64,000 bases of DNA from Eledone cirrhosa (GCA_964016885.1 OZ024755.1:33914001-33978000), one strand, 5' to 3'; numbered from the stretch's first letter, positions 40,617 through 53,727 are shown. Notes: a model not told the origin generated them from the letters alone. Translations and numbers: made by a program.

Positions 40617-40970
40617 GGAGGCACATGGCTTTGTGGTTAGAGCATTGGCCTTGCAATTGAAAGGTTGTGAGTTCAATTCTCAGACCGGGTGATGTGTTGT
40701 TTCCTTGAGCAAGACACTTTATTTCACATTGCTCCAGTTTACTCAGCTGTAGAAATGAGATGATAGAGACTGGGGCCCCTATTATTCCACTGCAAAGTGG
40801 TCGTGGAGGTGCCACGGCAAAAAAAAAGCACCCAGCACTCACTGTAAATGAGGTTGGTGTTAGGAAGGGCATCCAGCTGTAGAAATCAAGCCAGAATCAG
40901 TTCCCGCCCCACCCTTGCAAGCAGGGAAAAAGCGGACGTAAAATGATGATGATGATGATGATGATGATGA
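40617..40970 (+). mobile_element. SINE family B
   Basis: Full length with (GAT)n tail. Confidence 0.9.
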
Positions 40971-41261
40971 TACATATATACATGCAAAGCAATTGTGTAC
41001 ATACATACATATGCAAGCACACATAGATATATGTATATGCATTCTCAGTGGCATATCTGTAATAGTAAAATGTTATTAAATTGGTGCCTTACAATATCAA
41101 TAAGAAAAAAACAATGAAAACCACAACAACAACTACAATACTTTTTTTAATATTGAATAAAATTTTTCTAAATTATTCTCGGTATTTTTATATTCTCCAT
41201 TTTGAAAATAATTGAATGGGGGATTACAGAGAAAAAGTTGATAATACATTAAAAAACACAC

Positions 41262-42020
41262 TAATAATAATGATGATGATTATGGTGGTGGTCTTGGTGG
41301 TGGTGTTGGTGGTGGTGGTGGTGGTGGTGGTGGTGGTGGTGTTGGTGGTGGTGGTGGTAGTGGTAGTGGTAGTGGTGGTGGTGATGGTGGTGATGATGGT
41401 GATGGTGGTGGTGGTGTTGGTGGTGGTAGTGGTGGTGTTGGTGGTGGTGATGATGGTGATGGTGGTGGTGATGGTGGTGGTGTTGGTGGTGGTAGTGGTG
41501 GTGTTGGTGGTGGTGGTGATGGTGGTGGTGATGGTGGTGATGATGATTATGGTGGTGTTGGTGATGATGGTGATGGTGGTGGTGGTGTTGGTGGTGGTGG
41601 TGTTGGTGGTGGTGGTGTTGGTGGTGGTGGTAGTGGTGGTGTTGGTGGTGGTGATGATGGTGGTGGTGGTGATGATGGTGATGGTGGTGTTGATGGTGGT
41701 GGTAGTAATGTTGGTGGTGGTGGTAATGTTTATGATGATGATGGCGGTTGTGGTAGTGCTGGTGACAATGATTATGATGATGATGATGATGATTATGAGA
41801 ATGATGATGATGATGGTGATGGTGGTGATGGTGACAATGATTATGATGATGGTGGTGATGATTATGAGAATGATGACGGTGGTGGTGGTGGTGGTGGTGA
41901 TGATGATGATGGTGGTGGTGATGATGATGGTGAGAATGATGATAATGTTGATGATGAAAATAATAGCAATAATAATAATAATAATAACAATAACAATAAC
42001 GAGATACAACAACAACAAAG
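41262..42020. repeat. compound (GGT/GAT/AAT)n trinucleotide repeat
   Basis: Directly visible; source of the poly-V and poly-T ORFs. Confidence 0.95.
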
Positions 42021-42909
42021 ATGAAAAGAATGTTTAGTGGATATTGAGAAGCAGAAGAGTTGATAATAATGGTCAGAACTACATGGAAATAAAGGAACAG
42101 ATAAGAATGGGCAAATGGATAATGTAAACAAAAAAGTTTTGGAAAGTAATTAAGTCATGTATAAAAACAAAGCCAAACCAAAACACCCCTCAAAAAAAAG
42201 AAAGCCAAAAAAAAAAATAAAAAGCACAGACATTACATGGGGGAGGGGGAAATAATCAACAATAACAAAATTCTTTTGAAAGGTTATCAAGAAATATGAT
42301 GGAAGGTTGTGAGAAAATAATGGCTCAAAAATATCCTTGAGATATGAAGAAAGCAAAGAAAAAATATGTAAGTGGTTTATGAATAATTTTCAAAGGAAGC
42401 TGAAGAACAAAAGTACAACAACAGTAAGACAATAAAAAAAAGAAGAAAAAGAAAATATATTCTGGTCTTATTGTGAGTAAAGGTATGAGTTTGATATGTT
42501 TTTTTTTTTTTTTTTTTTGTTATATCTTGGTACTTTTTGTTGTTTTGTGATCTGTTTAATGAAAAATGTTGGTTGGGAAATATTTACTTCACAGAAATAT
42601 TAAAAACAAAGAAAGCAGGGTTACAAGAATGAAATTAATCATAATCTTTTAGGTCAGGTATTAAACTAAACCTTCTTGAAAAAAAGAGCTTTCTTGATAA
42701 ACCATGTTGTATATCTTATAAATAATTAACTTACCACAGGAGGAAATGTAAAGAGTTGTGGTTGATATATGTATAGGATGTTGGCTTGCTGTCGTAGTGT
42801 TTATCTAAATAGATTTGCTGTGGAAAATCACAAATATTCTAGTTTCTTAAATCATGCATCAGTGATCAAATGATATACGACTAAGACCTTCACTATGTCC
42901 AGTATTGGT

Positions 42910-43292
42910 AGTGGATTGGCGTGGCAGAGTCAGTAGAGCGTGGGACAGCATAGAGCTTGACAGCATAGAGTTGCGGCCCTTTGCGCTCTGAGTTCGTGTG
43001 TGTTACACGCTGTCGATCCGTCGTCCGTCTTCGAAATTATATTATTTTACGAGCAGTTAGTTCAGTCGGTCTGTCACTTCTGACTCGTACTGTTGTGTGT
43101 CAGCAGCGGCATTCATCTTTGTGTTGTGAAGTGCCGGGTAGTAGTTCAGTCGGTCCAACCCCTAGGTGAGATTTGCCTTTCATCCTTACGGGGGTCAATA
43201 AAACAAAGTACCAGTAATGCACTGGGTTCAATTTAATTGACTTTCCCCTCCTTCCAAATTGCTGGCCTTGTTCCTATAGCAGAAATCATTAT
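42910..43292 (+). mobile_element. family A-related SINE interrupted by a ~170 bp CpG-rich insert
   Basis: The head runs to GAGTTCG (42996) and the SINE resumes at ...TTTGCCTTTCATCCTTACGGGG (~43172). Confidence 0.75.
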
Positions 43293-43508
43293 AATTGGAT
43301 TATATTCATTCATTTATCGTGGTATAGTAGTTATACTTAGCCTACTAATCCCTGACAAAGTTTCTTGCCTGCACTAAATATTTTGTGTATAGTAATCATC
43401 AGATGGATTCGAGAATTAAGAGCATCTTGCAGGAGAACCAGATGTAGTCAATAGAACAATTTCTGAACGTTTGAGCCTAACTGGAATGTCTAAACAACTT
43501 GAGAAATA

Positions 43509-43725
43509 CAGGGTGGGCCAAAAGTCAATTCCTATTATTGAAAAAAATTTATGATTTTTTTTTTTATTATTAAAATATTATATATTCTTTTTCTTTCAGA
43601 TTAAAGTTGAATAAAAACAAGATTTAATAATGGAAAAATACACTCCCCAAGAAAAATTAGTTTTGAGTTAATTTGTAATGGTTTATTAATAAAAGTAGCT
43701 AGGAAGTGACTTTTGGCTCATCCTG
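43509..43725. mobile_element. Tc1-type MITE
   Basis: TA-CAGGGTGGGCCAAAAGTCA ... TGACTTTTGGCTCATCCTG-TA. Confidence 0.8.
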
Positions 43726-43845
43726 TATGTGGGTGCCACACAAATGAATCAAGACCCAAAATAAACAGCTGTGAAGTTTGCTATTCCTTTTTGTGAAACA
43801 AAATGCCCTACTTCTTGCTTGCTTTGTAACACATGATGAAAAGTG

Positions 43846-44580
43846 GCATGTGGTTAGAATATCTCAGGAAAGAATCACTGGAGAGTCACTCCAGGTAGAG
43901 CCGCTACTTCTCCGAATTGAGAGGTCACAGCTCCGATACTATGAGCATGTGGTTAGAATGTCTCAGGAAAGAATTGCTGGAGAGTCACTCCAGGTAGAGC
44001 TGTTACTTCTCCCAACTGAGAGATCACAGCTCCGATACTATGAGCATGTGGTTAGAATGTCTCAGGAAAGAATCGCTGGAGAGTCGCTCCAGGTAGAGCT
44101 GTTACTTCTCCAAATTGAGAGGTTACAGCTCCGATACTATGAGCATGTGGTTAGAATGTCTCAGGAAAGAATTGCTGGAGAGTCACTCCAGGTAGAGCTG
44201 TTACTTCTCCCAACTGAGAGATCACAGCTCCGATACTATGAGCATGTGGTTAGAATGTCACAGGAAAGAATCGCTGGAGAGTCACTCCAGGTAGAGCCGC
44301 TACTTCTCCGAATTGAGAGGTTACAGCTCCGATACTATGAGCATGTGGTTAGAATGTCTCAGGAAAGAATCGCTAGACAGATTTTATGGGCAAACCCAAG
44401 AGAGGAGACCCAGTGTAAGATGGTTGGATAACATCTATGAGCTTGGTAGGTCACCTTTGTGGATCTAGCCCGATCAGTTGGAGATGGTTCCTTCTGACAG
44501 GACCCACTGGGGGGAGTGTTTGAGAAATCTGCCCCTATGACCCTCTCATGAATAAGTGGGTGAAAAGAAGAAGAAAGACA
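43846..44580 (+). mobile_element. RTE LINE 3' end in which a 99-bp coding segment is tandemly amplified ~5.5 times
   Basis: ORF 43778-44431 repeats ESLQVEPLLLRIERSQLRYYEHVVRMSQERIA. A single-copy homologue lies at ~36935-37090. (GAA)n tail. Confidence 0.9.
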
Positions 44581-44734
44581 ATCTTCATTTTATTTATTTC
44601 ACTAGCTGGGGTTCATGTTCAAAAACAGTAAAAACAACCATTATGAATGCAGTATAATGACTGTATTTAAATAAAGAAATTATTATCATCAGCGTTTCCA
44701 ATGTTAGTCTTTAATCAGAAAAGAAAGAATTATT

Positions 44735-44963
44735 GTATTCGGTAGAGCATCAGACACGATGCGCAGCATAAAGTTATGGCTCTTTACACACTGAGCTCAA
44801 ATCTTGCCGAGGTTAACTTATGGGTTTGATAAAATAAAGCACCAGTAATGCACTGGGGTAATTGCTGACCTTGTGCCAAAAGTAGAAACAATTATGTGAG
44901 GTAAAGCCTTTACCATAAAAATATAATAGTAAATATAGAGTAATATAAATGCTAAAGGGTTAA
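44735..44963 (+). mobile_element. degenerate family A SINE followed by a piggyBac-like MITE end
   Basis: SINE to 44893, then GTGAGGTAAAGCCTTTAC...GCTAAAGGGTTAA. Confidence 0.75.
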
Positions 44964-45975
44964 AGAAATGGTAAAGCAGTTAGTTACATTTGGACATTCT
45001 TGTTACTTGCCCACACAAAGCAAATTATTTGCTACATTTTTACAATAAAATATTTCTGTCGTGATTTTGAATTTCAATGCAATCTTTCTGAGACAATCAC
45101 TATTTTTCCTCCTAGTTTTCTTTTACCAATGTTAACTTCTGTGATTTTCGGTTTACATTTACTTTTAATTCTTGGGGTTATTTGGGATTTTTTTTTTCTT
45201 TTCCATTCTTCCTCTTTTCATATAGCAAACTGTTTACAGTTTTTATGAATGAGTGATATTCTGAGAACATTATAAATCAATAATTTTTCTCACTTTATTT
45301 CTTAATCACTTTTTTCCCTCCTACCGTTTCTCACTCTCTTACTACTCCTTATTCTTTTCCTTCTCTGATCATTTTATTTCTTGCATTTGTGCTCCATGAT
45401 ATAAATTACAAATGAAGTGGATTCTGAGTGTGTTTAAAGTGAGATATTTCGTCCATTTTGTTTTCTATTATCTTTCTCAATCTCATGTTTTCTATATTTC
45501 TTACTTATTGTTTTTTTTTATTTCCACATCTCATACTCTTTAATATTTTAATTTTTCCAGGATTATTAAAAATTCTAACTCAGGTAACTTTGGCTTCCTT
45601 GCCAAATAAATGTTTTATCAGTCTTTTTTTTTAAAACAATTTACCAGAAAATACGTATATTAGGTATGTTTACATGCTAAAAATATATAAATATATATAC
45701 ACAGGTAAGCACTATACTGTATATATATATATATGCCCCCACCCCCTCCCACTAAAGTAGTCATGGAGGTGTCACAACAAAAATCACCCAGCCCACACTG
45801 TAAAGTGGTCGTGTTGTCGCCACTGAACCCCCCCACTAGCACTCACTGTAAATGAGGTCAGTTCCCGGATGAGCAAGACAGGGTCACCCGAGCTAGAACT
45901 GCCTACACCAGGACAACCTGTCTAACCCATCCTAGCATGGAAGAATGGACATAAAACAGTGATGATGATGATATA

Positions 45976-46645
45976 CAGGGTGCGGATGATATTTGTTCGC
46001 AATTTTCAACTGCTAATTTTACGCAAATTATTTTTACTTCCGTTGTCACTCTTGTCTTCATAAAAACAGTGACTATATTTCCATTATTTATTTTCAGAAT
46101 AATTGATTATGAATAATTTTGAACCTCCAAATTTGTGGAAGAGACACGGAGTTCTTCTTAGAATCCACGCCGGGAGGACAAATAAGAGCAGAAGATCAAC
46201 TCCCAGAACAACAGGTGGCTTGCTGTCTCATCCAAAGACGTGCACAAAGTTATGCAGACAAAGTTTCCAGCGACAACATTGGTCTTAGGTGTCGTCAGCA
46301 GTCAAGGTGACGTCATGCCACCTCACTTCTTCCCTGAGGGCCTCAAGCTGAACACCGATGGCTACATCCGTGTTCTGAGCGAGGTAGTAAAGCCCTGGAT
46401 CGACCAGGTAGCTGCAGGTAGGCCGTACGTGTGTCAGCAAGACTCAGCGCCCTGCCATACCAGCCGAAAGACCCAAGCCTGGCTGTCAGAGAACTTCGTT
46501 GACCACATTTCACCTGACATCTGGCCTCCCAGCTCGCTTGACTGCAACCCCCTCGACTTCTTTGTGTGTGGTGCAATGGAACGAGACACCAACAGATCTA
46601 GCTGCAATACGAAAGACGATCTGAAGGCCAGGGTCACAAGTGCCT
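45976..46645 (+). mobile_element. second copy of the maT/DD37D-like transposon, 3' truncated
   Basis: TA-CAGGGTGCGG terminal repeat; ORF 46240 has QQDSAPCHTS...WPPSSLDCNPLDFFV. Confidence 0.9.
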
Positions 46646-46809
46646 AATTCTATTTAAATTGTTGGGGTACAACAAGCAAATAATTTTATAACTGATATAA
46701 AGCACTCAACAAATAATTGGAGTAAAAATACTATCCGGAAGCTTCCAACAGTAATGGTCGCATTCTTTAAGGGTATGTCAATATTTATTTATAAAACTGC
46801 TCTATATTA

Positions 46810-46874
46810 TATTTTATCTGAAGAAAGCACACCATAATCTAACTTGGTGTCCTTGAAATATGTATAATGAAATA
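46810..46874 (+). ncRNA. type I hammerhead ribozyme motif (family 1), within a remnant fold-back at 46646-46915
   Basis: TATTTTAT-CTGAAGA-AAGCACACCA/TGGTGTCCTT-GAAA-T-ATGT-A-TA-ATGAAATA. 46648-46730 matches the inverted tail at 37990-38072. Confidence 0.78.
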
Positions 46875-47344
46875 AATATGGTTTTATAAATATAGTTTCC
46901 ATTTGTTAATATCGTATATATATATAAGGAAAAAAGTTGAAATCGAAACTGCAACGAGACTTTTTAAGAATATTTATTTGGTTCCTTTACTGGTTTCGCA
47001 GTTCTTGTGCTTTTCAAAAGTAGAATTGAGATGGAGGGTTTGTGGTTTTTCTCGCATCTGGTTGGTGTTTGAATGTTACTTCTGTTTTGAATAGGAAAAA
47101 GTGCCTCGAAATGCAAAGTTTTTAGAAAAGTAATTTGGTTGGTTGATGATTGTCATGTGAATAAGTATAATAAATTTTGTGCCAGTTCGCGTTACAAAGT
47201 TCTTATTATATTAGCCTTAAAAAAAAAAAGGACGGGTGGAGGGGGGATCAGATTGTTTTTTCATATATGAGTGAAATTTGGTTGGAAAAAAAATATATAT
47301 GTATTTATATTTATATATATATGTATGTGTATATATATATCTTT

Positions 47345-48165
47345 GGAAATGGCCATGTTTGATATGCAGAAAAGGAACTGGCGTGGGTTCTATGGAATGT
47401 GCACAGTGCAGATCTTGGGTGCACGGGAGATGTGGCGAGCTGGCAGGTAGGGAGAAATACGTAGGCAGTAGATGTACAGGGAAATTAGACAGTAGAAGTT
47501 GCATTGTTAGACACATTTTTCAAATGCAGGTGCGTGCTATAGAAGTGGTTGTTAGCTTCCGGTACCTAGGTGATCAGATTAGCATGGAAGGGGGGGGGGG
47601 TATTCTGAGGCCATAGTATCTAGAATAAGGATGGATTGGAAGAAGTTTAGGGAGCTGCTTCCTCTGTTGACAAAGAAGGGTTTCTCCCTGTGTATGAAAG
47701 GACGGTTATATGATGCCTGTGTGAGATGCGCGATGCTGCATGTGAGACATGGACAGCAGCTGTAGAGGATATGCGACGGCTGGTGAGAAGTGGAGCAAAC
47801 ATGCTCCATTGGATGTGCAATGTCAATGTGTGTGAACGACCAAGCATGGATGAGTTGAGAGACAAACTGTATCTGAGAGGGATAGATTGTAGCGTGCGAG
47901 AGAGGGGACTGCGATGGTATGGACATGTGATGTGCACGGAGGATGACAGATGAGTGGAGAGGTGCCGGGAGATGCCGGTTGAAGGAAGATGTGGTAGAGG
48001 TAGACCACGAAAAACATGGGCAGAAGTGGTGAGAGCAGACCTCAGATCACTGAAGCTCACAGTGGAGATGATGAAGGACAATGACAAGTGGAGAGATGCT
48101 GTGCTGAATAGGACCCATCCCACCCTTGCAAGCAGGGAAAAGCGGACGTAAAAGGATGATCATGA
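47345..48165 (+). mobile_element. RTE LINE 3' fragment with a PHD-like Cys motif inside the RT region
   Basis: KWPCLICRKGTGVGSMECAQCRSWVHGRC, FRYLGD, LRWYGHV and GRGRPRKTW. The 3' end is identical to the family B SINE tail. Confidence 0.9.
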
Positions 48166-48255
48166 TGAAATCAAATGAAAAAACAGAGTTAAAAACTTGT
48201 GTTAATCCCATGTAATTTAATGAGCTCAAGGATTAAGCTCTTCATAATATAATAT

Positions 48256-48395
48256 ATAGAGAAAACACAAAAGGGTTTGTTTTCATTACGAGGGGTAAAG
48301 AACCACTAGAGTGAGAAGCATAAAGTAGAAAATAAAGAATAGTGGTTGTCTACTCCTTGTAATTGAAAACAAAGCCTTTTGTGTTTTCTTCTCTA
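48256..48395. repeat. decayed inverted repeat (~50 bp arms)
   Basis: agaaaacacaaaagggtttgttttca..ttacgagg versus ccttgtaa..tgaaaacaaagccttttgtgttttct. Confidence 0.75.
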
Positions 48396-48404
48396 TTTAA
48401 TGTA

Positions 48405-49110
48405 TCATCATCATCATCACCGTTTTACGTCCGTTCTTCCACGCTAGAATGGGTTAGATGGGTTGTCCTGTTATGGGCAGTGTCCGGTCAGCTGACCATG
48501 TCTTGCTCATACTGGAACTGATTCTTCTTGCTTTCTACAGCTGGATGCCCTTCCTAACACCAACCTCATTTACAGTGAGTGCTGGGTTCTTCTTTTTCCG
48601 TGGCGCCTACACGTCCACTTTACAGTGTGGGCTGGGTGTTTTTTTGCCGTGAAGCCTCCACGACCACTTTGCAGTGGAATGATAGGGACCCCAGTCCTGT
48701 CATCTCATTTCTACAGCTGAGTAAACTGGAGCAATGTGAAATAAAATGTCTTGCTCAAGGAAACAACAAATCACCCGGTCCGAGAATTGAACTCACAACC
48801 TTTCGATTGCAAGCCCAAGCCATGGGCCTTCACACATATATATATATATATAAATAAAAGTTAATTGAAAAGGTTTGAAGCAATGAGTCATCATCATCAC
48901 CGTTTCACATCCATTCTTCCATGCTAGCATGGGTTAGACGGGTTGTACTGTTGTGGGCAGTGCCAGGTCGGGTGATCTTGTCTTGCTCATATGGGAACTG
49001 ATTTGGCTGGATTTCTACAGCTGGATGCCCTCCCTAACACCAACCTCATTTAGAGTGAGTGTTGGGTGCATTTTTTCTGTGACACCTACACGACCACTTT
49101 GCAGTGGGAG
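48405..49110 (-). mobile_element. two family B SINE copies (48405-48830 and 48888-49108)
   Basis: Reverse-complement matches with the alternative tail (CCATGCTAGCATGGAAGAA.GGA). Confidence 0.85.
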
Positions 49111-49129
49111 GAGAGTGGAGACAAACTGT

Positions 49130-49660
49130 CTATATGCTTCAGCTTGGGAAGTAGGGTCTTCTGTATTACTGCGTGATGCCAGAGGTCATGGTCCTGTGTC
49201 ATCGGCTTTGAGATGTGCAATTGAGCAAGGTCAGCTTTTATCAACTCATCCCAAGTGCTCTAGGATCTCCCCACTCCATGGCTTCCATCAACTTTTAGTG
49301 CTCTACATCTTTTTATGCAGTTGTCATTCTTCATACGCATCTCATGTCCATACCAGTGCAACCTCCTCTCCTGCACATAGCATTTGATTTCTCTTATGCT
49401 CAGTCTCGCTCTCAAGTCGTTTATGCTTTGCCGTTCACATATATTACTATTACACATCCATCAGAGTAAGCAGGCTTCGTTGCTTTCTAATCAACGCAAG
49501 TCTTCTACACACAACACACAGGTCTCCCTACCATGTAACATTGCTGTTCGCATGCACACATAATACAGTGTGCCTTTCATTTTGAGAGAAAAGCCTTTTG
49601 TAGCCAACAGTGGCTCCCTGAACTCCTTCCACCCCGTTCTTACCCTGGTTACTGTACTTT
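49130..49660 (-). mobile_element. RTE LINE fragment
   Basis: RVRTGWKEFRE, MLHGRET and RRLHWYGH. Confidence 0.88.
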
Positions 49661-49944
49661 CAATTGTATATGAATATTCACATAATTGTAGTATTCTCAG
49701 CACAAAGGGTAGACATAAACAGCTGGATACCATTTTAATAGTAAATATTTGGGTTAAGATATCGAAAGGAGAGTGAGATAGAAAGGAAGAGAGTCTAAGA
49801 GAAATGAGTGGGTTATAGGGGGAGAGGAGTAGAGCAGGAACAAAACTATTATATATATATATATATATGTATGTATACTCTTTTACTGGTTCCAATCATC
49901 CAGCTGAGGGCCATGCTGGGGCACCGCCCTTGTTGCTACACATT

Positions 49945-50240
49945 CTATCTCCAGGCTGTGTTGGCTGGCCTTTGGTGTAAGAGGGAGTCTGTTGATGCTG
50001 CCCTTAGGTTACCTTTGAACAGTGCTGTGGGCTCATCTGGGATCCTGGATAGCAGGGTGTCAAGATGTTTCTTGAAAACACACACGTCCACCCCAGACAG
50101 ATCTCTCTTCTTGGCAGCTTGTTGAAGAGTTGAGGGCTTTTGAACCCCAGGATATTGTAATATCTGCTCCTTATTCTAGATGTGAAAGACGGGATCTTTG
50201 GCACCACACTGTGACGTGTTGTTCGGGGGTTGGTCTAGCT
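49945..50240 (-). mobile_element. CR1/L2-group LINE 3' remnant
   Basis: Minus-strand peptide VPKIPS...PQLFNKLP resembles the (G)P.LFN.LP C-terminal motif. Confidence 0.65.
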
Positions 50241-51229
50241 CTCAATATATATTATAAAGAGATGGCGTCATACTCTACTATCCCATGTATCGCGTACTCT
50301 GTTGAGTAATGGTCCAATACATCATAAATGTTTTCATATGTATCCCTATAATGAACCACATTTTTTCTTATAAGCTAGTGTGTAAATATCACTGATGATG
50401 GATAACGAACCCAAAATTGCTGTCTGGTATTCTCAGCCACTGAGATAACTGTGACATGATCAGGGGGATGTTTAAAAATTCACAGCAAGACTCTCGTATA
50501 TCTACTAAACATAAACACATTCTATATGCTTTTATATACACCTCTATACTTACATTCATATAATATAGTTTGAACTTAGTTTTCTTATTAAACTTATTAG
50601 ACTAATAGTTTAGAGAAGTGAATCAAAGCTGGCAACAAACAATTATATACTGAACATAATAACACATGATTTGCTGATGCTTGCATTAGATACATCAAGA
50701 TGCTAAAAGTTAAAACGCTGACAAGTATAGACATAGTTTGTTGAGTCAATACTACTAGTATTGACAACAAGAATATTGTGTTATAAATTCTGCAGAGATA
50801 TATAAACAGTTTGTCAGATGAAAAACAAACCAAAGAGGCGATAAGCAATGAAATAGTCGCCTGCTTACATGTCAGTAAAATCTACAGATATAGGTAGGGT
50901 TAGAACCAAGTAGAATATTATTTTAGCAGCCAAAAATGTTTGCTTTGTGGCTGGCCAATATGTTTACTAATCTGTGTGTATGTTGTACTTTTGTATGTAT
51001 AGATATATATATATACATATATACATATATAAAATATGTATGTGTATATATATATATATATATGTGTGTGTATGTATGTATATATACATATATATATGTG
51101 TGTATGTATATATATATGTGTGTATGTATATATATGTGTGTATGTATATAGATATGTGTGTGTTATATATGTATATATATATATAGATATATATGTGTGT
51201 GTGTGTATGTATATATATATGTGTGTATG

Positions 51230-51263
<34 letters not shown>

Positions 51264-51267
51264 TATA

Positions 51268-51338
<71 letters not shown>

Positions 51339-51384
51339 CGTGTGTGTATGTATATATATATATATACATATAAATGTGTGTGTG

Positions 51385-51447
<63 letters not shown>

Positions 51448-51512
51448 ATATATAGTGAAAGAGTGAAGAATAACATGGTCGGCTGTACAAAAAGGGTTTT
51501 ATTTACAGTATT

Positions 51513-51575
<63 letters not shown>

Positions 51576-51679
51576 CTAATCGATAAAGAATCAAGAAACT
51601 GAAGAAGAGTTAGGCGTGTGAGAAAGAGACATAAGTACATTTTAAGATGCTTGTATTCTATCATTGTGAATCTTTGTAC

Positions 51680-52207
51680 ACCCCCCCCCCCCCCACACAC
51701 ACACATACATATCCAATATTCCCCCTCCATACACATGCATGCATGTGTATGTCTGTGTGTGTGTCTGTGTATAACATGACTCATACACTCTTCACTTTCC
51801 TGACATTTGTACATTATTCTATGTACTATACATGCACCTTTGATGAGCTGTAGTGCACCTGAGCAGTCATCATCATCATTTCATTTTACGTCCGCTGTTC
51901 CCTGCTTGCAAGGGTGGGACGGGAACTGATTCTGGCTTGATTTCTACAGCTGGATGCCCTTCCTAACACCAACCTCATTTACAGTGAGTGCTGGGTGCTT
52001 TTTTGCCGTGGCACCTCCACGACCACTTTGCAGTGGAATGATAGGGATCCCTGTCCCTATCATCTCATTTCTACAGCTGAGTAAACTGGAGCAATGTGAA
52101 ATAAAGTGTCTTGCTCAAGGAAACAACACATCACCCGGTCTGAGAATTGAACTCACAACCTTTCGATTGCAAGGCCAATGCTCTAACCACTAAGCCATGT
52201 GCCTCCA
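51680..52207. mobile_element. CR1-like 3' end (plus, ~51700-51866) followed by a family B SINE (minus, 51868-52207)
   Basis: Matches to 21148-21385 and to the SINE B consensus. Confidence 0.85.
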
Positions 52208-52535
52208 CAAAAATTTTTATTATTATTTTTTTAATCTTAAAATGCACATGTGCGTCGTTATGTGTTTGTTCACATACATATGTATGGTCCCATAACTCCT
52301 GATAGATTCATAGGGGTGCAGAATTGACATACAGCGTTTCTTGGCCATTTTTTAAGCCTGCCAGACCCCATCCCTCTCCAGACCAGGAGAAAGATAGAAA
52401 GTGAGAGAGAGGAAATGAGAAAGAGATATAGAAGAAGAATCGACCCCAGTACTAGACTGGTACTTTTTTTAACGACCTCAAAAGGATGAAAGGCAAATTT
52501 GAACTCAGAGAGCAGAGAGGCAGAACGAATACCAA

Positions 52536-52663
52536 AAATAATAATAATAATGAAATTATTGTGTACAGTGCTCAGGTGCATTACAGCTCATCAAAGGTGC
52601 ATGTATAGTACATAGAATAATGTACAAATGTCAGGAAAATGGACAGTGTATGAGTCATGATAC

Positions 52664-52698
<35 letters not shown>

Positions 52699-52804
52699 AA
52701 TTATTGTGTACAGTGCTCAGGTGCACTACAGCTCATCAAAGGTGCATGTATAGTACATAGAATAATGTACAAATGTCAGGAAAATGGACAGTGTATGAGT
52801 CATG

Positions 52805-52858
<54 letters not shown>

Positions 52859-53125
52859 AATATTGTGTACAGTGCCCAGGTGCACCACAACTATTCAAAA
52901 AGTGCATGTACAGTACATAGGGCAATGCACAAACATCAGTAAAATGAACAGTGCACGAGTGATGATACACACATGTGTGCATGTGTATGGAAGGGGTACA
53001 CCAGGTGTAGTTTTGGCGTATTTCGGGAAGCATGAGTGCCTTAAAGGATGCAGTGTCTCGCCAGCTAACAACTGACGCAGGCAGTTTGTTCCATGCTTCA
53101 GCAACTCTGAGCGTGAAAAAATGTC
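52536..53125 (-). mobile_element. CR1-like LINE 3' end with three tandem copies of the terminal ~110 bp, each with an (ATT)n tail
   Basis: Minus strand encodes FFTLRVAEAWNKLPASVVS...ASFK. Terminal module at ~52550, ~52696 and ~52856. Confidence 0.85.
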
Positions 53126-53683
53126 TATGAAAGTCATTCTATCTGAGATTCTAAAGACTCTGCCAACTTGCTGCCAAGTATATATATCTAAATAAAGTTT
53201 CTATACTTATACTTCAATGACTCTAGGACTTTTCTGTCAATTGGACTGAATGACAAAGTTTACAGAGCTTGAGCTTGATGTGGAAACAATTTGCAGCCAT
53301 TGTATATTCACTTGGATTTACAATTTGAGTAATATTATTATTTGCATGTAGACAAGATCATGTGAAGTATACTGGGTTTTAATTTGTTGTTGTTGATAAA
53401 TTGGCGTCTCAGACAGGACTGGCATGAATTATGGTCTTATTTAGTGTTTAAACATTATTATAGTTGTTTCTTTTAACACACACACTCACACACATGTACA
53501 AACACACATTCACATACACACACACAGACAAACACATGCACACACACACACACATACATATATATATATAATATATATATATACACACACAAGAATAATT
53601 TTGATCAATACATAAATATATATATAATATTCTTGTGTGTATATATATATATATACACACACACAAGAATAATTTTGATCAAT

Positions 53684-53727
<44 letters not shown>

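Noticed and set aside
41216-42037. Poly-Val ORF or mucin-like poly-Thr ORF
   Set aside because: Pure trinucleotide repeat open on both strands, with no supporting splice or domain context.
45561-45583. Plus-strand 23-nt micro-exon (TTTTTCCAG|...CAG|GTAACT); similar isolated plus-strand candidates at 9539-9628 and ~33808-33874
   Set aside because: Isolated, no convincing phase-consistent chain, and such sites arise by chance in AT-rich DNA.
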